Source of the DNA: an uncultured Eubacteriales bacterium
GTDB lineage: Bacteria > Bacillota > Clostridia > Oscillospirales > CAG-382
DNA length: 64,000 nucleotides
Direction of reading: 5' to 3'
NCBI GenBank assembly: GCA_934479825.1
Contig: CAKSOW010000009.1
Span: 18,338 to 82,337 of the forward strand
Of the stretch, positions 60,964 through 64,000 are shown piece by piece (the first letter of the stretch is position 1; every line of letters starts with the position of its first letter). The position numbers and the translations under genes are program-made. A model generated the notes under the pieces. It worked only from the letters and a program-made list of their open reading frames with translations. It was not told the DNA's origin and made no database searches.

Positions 60964-60978
60964 ATTATCCCTCCTATT

Positions 60979-61338
60979 TTAGAACTTCAAGCCGGCTTCT
61001 CTTGCGGCTTCTGCGAGTTCCTTTACGCGTCCGTGGTAGATGTAACCGCCTCTGTCGAATACGACATCGGTGATACCCTTTTCAGCTGCGCGCTTTGCGA
61101 CAAGCTCGCCGACCTTTTTAGCCGCGTCCTTGTTGCCGCCGTAAACGCCGAAATCCTTTTCAACGCTGGAAGCGCTGACCAAAGTGTTTCCGGTGGTGTC
61201 GTCAATCACCTGAGCATAGATGTTGGCGAGCGAACGGTAGACACAAAGACGGGGACGGGAAGCAGTACCGCTAATCTTGGCACGCACTCTGGCATGTCTC
61301 TTTTTACGCTGCAAATTGCTGTCTTTTCTTGATACCAT
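60979..61338 (-). CDS. rplR: 50S ribosomal protein L18
   Basis: [20 protein letters not shown]. Confidence 0.97.
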   Translation of the reverse strand: MVSRKDSNLQRKKRHARVRAKISGTASRPRLCVYRSLANIYAQVIDDTTGNTLVSASSVEKDFGVYGGNKDAAKKVGELVAKRAAEKGITDVVFDRGGYIYHGRVKELAEAAREAGLKF

Positions 61339-61358
61339 TTAACTGCACTCCCTTCTTA

Positions 61359-61898
61359 TTACTTACCGGCTTTACCGGCCTTGCGGCGGATATGCTCGTC
61401 AGAATACTTGATACCCTTGCCGAGGTAGGGTTCCGGCGGACGTTTGCCGCGGATCTCGGAAGCGATCTGGCCGACTTTCTGCTTATCGGGACCGTTTACG
61501 ATAACGGTGTTGGTATCGGGAACTTCAAACGTGATACCGTCTGTTTCGTCGATCAATACCTGATGGGAATAACCGATGTTGAGAACGAGCTGCTTGCCCT
61601 GCTTTGCGGCACGGTAGCCAACGCCGTTGATTTCGAGCTTCTTGCTGTAACCGTTGGTCACACCTTCGACCATGTTAGCGATGATCGAACGGGTAAGACC
61701 GTGAAGTGCTCTGTTCTGTTTTTCATCGTCGGGACGTTCAACCGTAACAACACCGTTTTCAACCGTAATTTTCATATTGGGATTGAACTTCTGGGTGAGG
61801 GTGCCCTTGGCGCCCTTTACGGTAACGCAGTTTTCCGCGTCAATTTTAACGTCAACACCGGCAGGAACAGTAACAGGCATTCTACCTATTCTAGACAT
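61359..61898 (-). CDS. rplF: 50S ribosomal protein L6
   Basis: MSRIGRMPVTVPAGV. GGAAGGAG RBS before the ATG at 61898. Confidence 0.96.
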   Translation of the reverse strand: MSRIGRMPVTVPAGVDVKIDAENCVTVKGAKGTLTQKFNPNMKITVENGVVTVERPDDEKQNRALHGLTRSIIANMVEGVTNGYSKKLEINGVGYRAAKQGKQLVLNIGYSHQVLIDETDGITFEVPDTNTVIVNGPDKQKVGQIASEIRGKRPPEPYLGKGIKYSDEHIRRKAGKAGK

Positions 61899-61969
61899 GA
61901 TGTTTCTCCTTCCGTAATGCATTCTATCCTGCAAAAGACTTTTACAGGAACCATGCGTTTTTCCGGCAA

Positions 61970-62368
61970 TTACCAAACATAAGCGAGAACTTCGCCGCCG
62001 ACGTTGTTTGCCTTTGCCTTTTTATCCGTCATAATGCCCTTGGACGTGGAAATGATCGCGATACCGAGACCTTTCATAACCGTAGGCATATCTTCACAGC
62101 TGGTGTAGATGCGAAGACCGGGTTTGGAAACTCTGCGAAGACCCTGGATAACCTTGGATTTGTTTGCTCCGTATTTAAGAGTAACACGGATCACGCCCTG
62201 TTTTCCGTCTTCGATGATCTGATAACCGTTTATATAGCCTTCCTCGCGTAAGATTTCAGCGATAGCCTTCTTAACGCCGGAAGCGGGGATGTCAACCGTT
62301 TCGTGCTTGGACGAATTGGCATTGCGAATACGGGTAAGCATATCCGCAATTACATCTGTAATCTGCAT
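61970..62368 (-). CDS. rpsH: 30S ribosomal protein S8
   Basis: [17 protein letters not shown], with the ATG at 62368. Confidence 0.96.
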   Translation of the reverse strand: MQITDVIADMLTRIRNANSSKHETVDIPASGVKKAIAEILREEGYINGYQIIEDGKQGVIRVTLKYGANKSKVIQGLRRVSKPGLRIYTSCEDMPTVMKGLGIAIISTSKGIMTDKKAKANNVGGEVLAYVW

Positions 62369-62409
62369 AATTGTGACCTCCTTACTTAATAATAAGCGCC
62401 TTTCAAAAA

Positions 62410-62595
62410 TTACCAGCTTGCTTTTTTCACACCGGGAATCTGACCCTTGTAAGCAAGCTCTCTGAAACAGATACGGCAGATGCCGTATTTGCGAAGATAA
62501 GCATGGGGACGGCCGCAAATTTTACATCTGTTATATTCACGAGTAGAGAACTTCTGGGCTCTCTGCTGCTTTAATATCATAGCCTTCTTTGCCAT
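62410..62595 (-). CDS. rpsN: 30S ribosomal protein S14, type Z (zinc-binding)
   Basis: 61 aa, [20 protein letters not shown]. Confidence 0.96.
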   Translation of the reverse strand: MAKKAMILKQQRAQKFSTREYNRCKICGRPHAYLRKYGICRICFRELAYKGQIPGVKKASW

Positions 62596-62613
62596 TTCTT
62601 TTACCTACCCCTC

Positions 62614-63153
62614 TTACTTTGCGAACGGAGCGCCCATGAGAGTAAGAAGCTCTCTTGCATGCTCATCGTTCGTTGCTGTGGTGACAAATACAATATCCAT
62701 ACCGCGGATCTTTTCGATCTTGTCGTACTCGATTTCCGGGAAGATTAACTGTTCCTTGATACCGAGGGAATAGTTGCCTCTGCCGTCGAAGGCATTGGGG
62801 TTGATACCCTTGAAGTCGCGCACGCGCGGAAGAGCGAGATTAAAGAAGCGATCCATAAACTCGTACATCTTTTCGCCTCTGAGCGTGACCTTTGCACCGA
62901 TCTTCATACCTTCACGGATCTTGAAGTTTGCGACAGACTTTCTTGCGAAAGTAGGAACAGCCTTCTGACCGGTGATGGTTTCGAGATCAGCCATAATGTT
63001 GTCGATAACCTTTGCGTTATCCTTGGCATCTCCTGCGCCGATGTTTAAGATGATCTTATCGATCTTAGGAATCTGCATCGGGCTTTTGTATTCAAACTTC
63101 TTCATGAGAGCAGGAGCTACTTCGTTCTTATAGTAATCACTGAGTCTTGACAT
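62614..63153 (-). CDS. rplE: 50S ribosomal protein L5
   Basis: Sequence and operon position. Confidence 0.97.
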   Translation of the reverse strand: MSRLSDYYKNEVAPALMKKFEYKSPMQIPKIDKIILNIGAGDAKDNAKVIDNIMADLETITGQKAVPTFARKSVANFKIREGMKIGAKVTLRGEKMYEFMDRFFNLALPRVRDFKGINPNAFDGRGNYSLGIKEQLIFPEIEYDKIEKIRGMDIVFVTTATNDEHARELLTLMGAPFAK

Positions 63154-63171
63154 CGTTATCTCCTCCCGTCA

Positions 63172-63498
63172 TTAAAGAATTTCGCCGCATTTAGCGCAAA
63201 CTCTTGCCTTTTTGCCGTCTTCCAGGACTTTGTGAGCAACTCTTACGCCTTTGCCGCACTTGTCGCAGTAGAGATTGACCTTGGACGCGTAGAACGCACC
63301 CTCAACCTTGATGATACCGCCTTCTTCTCCCTGCTTTCTGGGACGGACGTGCTTGCTGACAATGTTTACACCCTCGACAATGACCTTGCCTTCTTTCGGG
63401 GAAACTTCAAGCACTTTACCTTTTTTGCCCTTATCGTCGCCGGAAGCTACGATTACCGTATCGCCCTTGCGAACGGCGAGCTTTTTAATTTCTGCCAT
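63172..63498 (-). CDS. rplX: 50S ribosomal protein L24
   Basis: KOW motif VRKGDTVIVASGDDKGKKGKV and a C-terminal Cys4 ribbon. Confidence 0.96.
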   Translation of the reverse strand: MAEIKKLAVRKGDTVIVASGDDKGKKGKVLEVSPKEGKVIVEGVNIVSKHVRPRKQGEEGGIIKVEGAFYASKVNLYCDKCGKGVRVAHKVLEDGKKARVCAKCGEIL

Positions 63499-63513
63499 AG
63501 TTCATATCCTCCC

Positions 63514-63882
63514 TTAAAGTACTTCGGGCGCAAGGGAGAGAATCTTCAAGTATTCTTTTTCACGAAGCTCTCTTGCTACCGGCCCGAAAATACGGGTACC
63601 TTTCGGGTTCTTGTCCGCGTTTATAATAACTGCCGCGTTCTCATCAAAGCGGATATAGCTGCCATCGGCTCTGCGAAGGCTCTTTACGGTGCGTACCACC
63701 ACTGCCTTTACAACATCGCCTTTTTTGACAACGCCGCCGGGTGTTGCCTTTTTAACAGAGCAAACCACAACGTCGCCGATACGGGCGTATCTGCGGCCCG
63801 TTCCACCGAGAACACGGATGCACATAAGTTCCTTGGCGCCGGTATTGTCGGCAACCTTCATGAACGATTGCTGTTGAATCAT
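63514..63882 (-). CDS. rplN: 50S ribosomal protein L14
   Basis: [18 protein letters not shown]. Confidence 0.98.
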   Translation of the reverse strand: MIQQQSFMKVADNTGAKELMCIRVLGGTGRRYARIGDVVVCSVKKATPGGVVKKGDVVKAVVVRTVKSLRRADGSYIRFDENAAVIINADKNPKGTRIFGPVARELREKEYLKILSLAPEVL

Positions 63883-63921
63883 GCTATGTGACCTCCTTGT
63901 CTGTATCTGCGATACAACACT

Positions 63922-64000
63922 TTATTTTGCCTTTTCGATTATTCTTACAAGACGCCATCTCTTATCGCGGGAAAGCGGTCTTGTCTCCATGATTTCCACC
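63922..64000 (-). CDS. rpsQ: 30S ribosomal protein S17, C-terminal end (5' part lies outside the window)
   Basis: Hand translation gives ...VEIMETRPLSRDKRWRLVRIIEKAK, with the stop at 63922-63924. Confidence 0.85.
   Translation of the reverse strand, partial: VEIMETRPLSRDKRWRLVRIIEKAK

Noticed and set aside
60358-63891. Long plus-strand ORFs (324, 217 and 219 aa) across the ribosomal protein cluster
   Set aside because: They are antisense to highly conserved ribosomal protein genes.

Overview
A 64-kb chromosomal segment that looks like a moderately GC-rich, spore-forming Firmicutes/Clostridia genome. This assignment is inferred from spoVAC, Rex, a PrsA-type lipoprotein, archaeal-type ProRS and the gene order. 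I support about 70 protein genes and see no rRNA, tRNA or CRISPR array. Layout: (i) 1-15.4 kb is accessory and visibly decayed. It holds an ABC exporter, a frame-disrupted histidine kinase abutting a truncated GH78 rhamnosidase, and an AraC / glycyl-radical-enzyme / activase / SDR locus. It also holds SGNH and PAP2 remnants, a TM-only MgtE fragment, an esterase-lactonase fusion, a truncated TetR, and a lower-GC block (M24 fragment, APH+protein-kinase fusion, S51-like protein) that ends inside the 3' end of rlmD. (ii) 15-30 kb and 36-53 kb are housekeeping: rlmD, prsA-like, recG, uvrA, G1P dehydrogenase, ligA, pfkA, pgm, proS, parB, MBOAT, spoVAC, ogg, rex, tsaD, rimI and dCMP deaminase. (iii) 53.3-64 kb on the minus strand is the spc/alpha ribosomal cluster, running rpsQ to rplQ and including secY, adk, map, infA and rpoA. 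The most unusual structure is a pair of ~1.1-kb ORF-less, hairpin-rich elements at 30227-31322 and 34924-~36030. They lie in inverted orientation around a 3.6-kb cassette (one sugar-phosphate isomerase and two GH28-type beta-helix proteins) that sits between pfkA and pgm/proS. Each element is itself a giant imperfect palindrome. Compensatory base changes keep its hairpins intact, and it carries four GGTTCAAA boxes. I do not recognise it as any known IS, MITE or ncRNA family. All coordinates and motifs were read by eye; no database search or computation was run.
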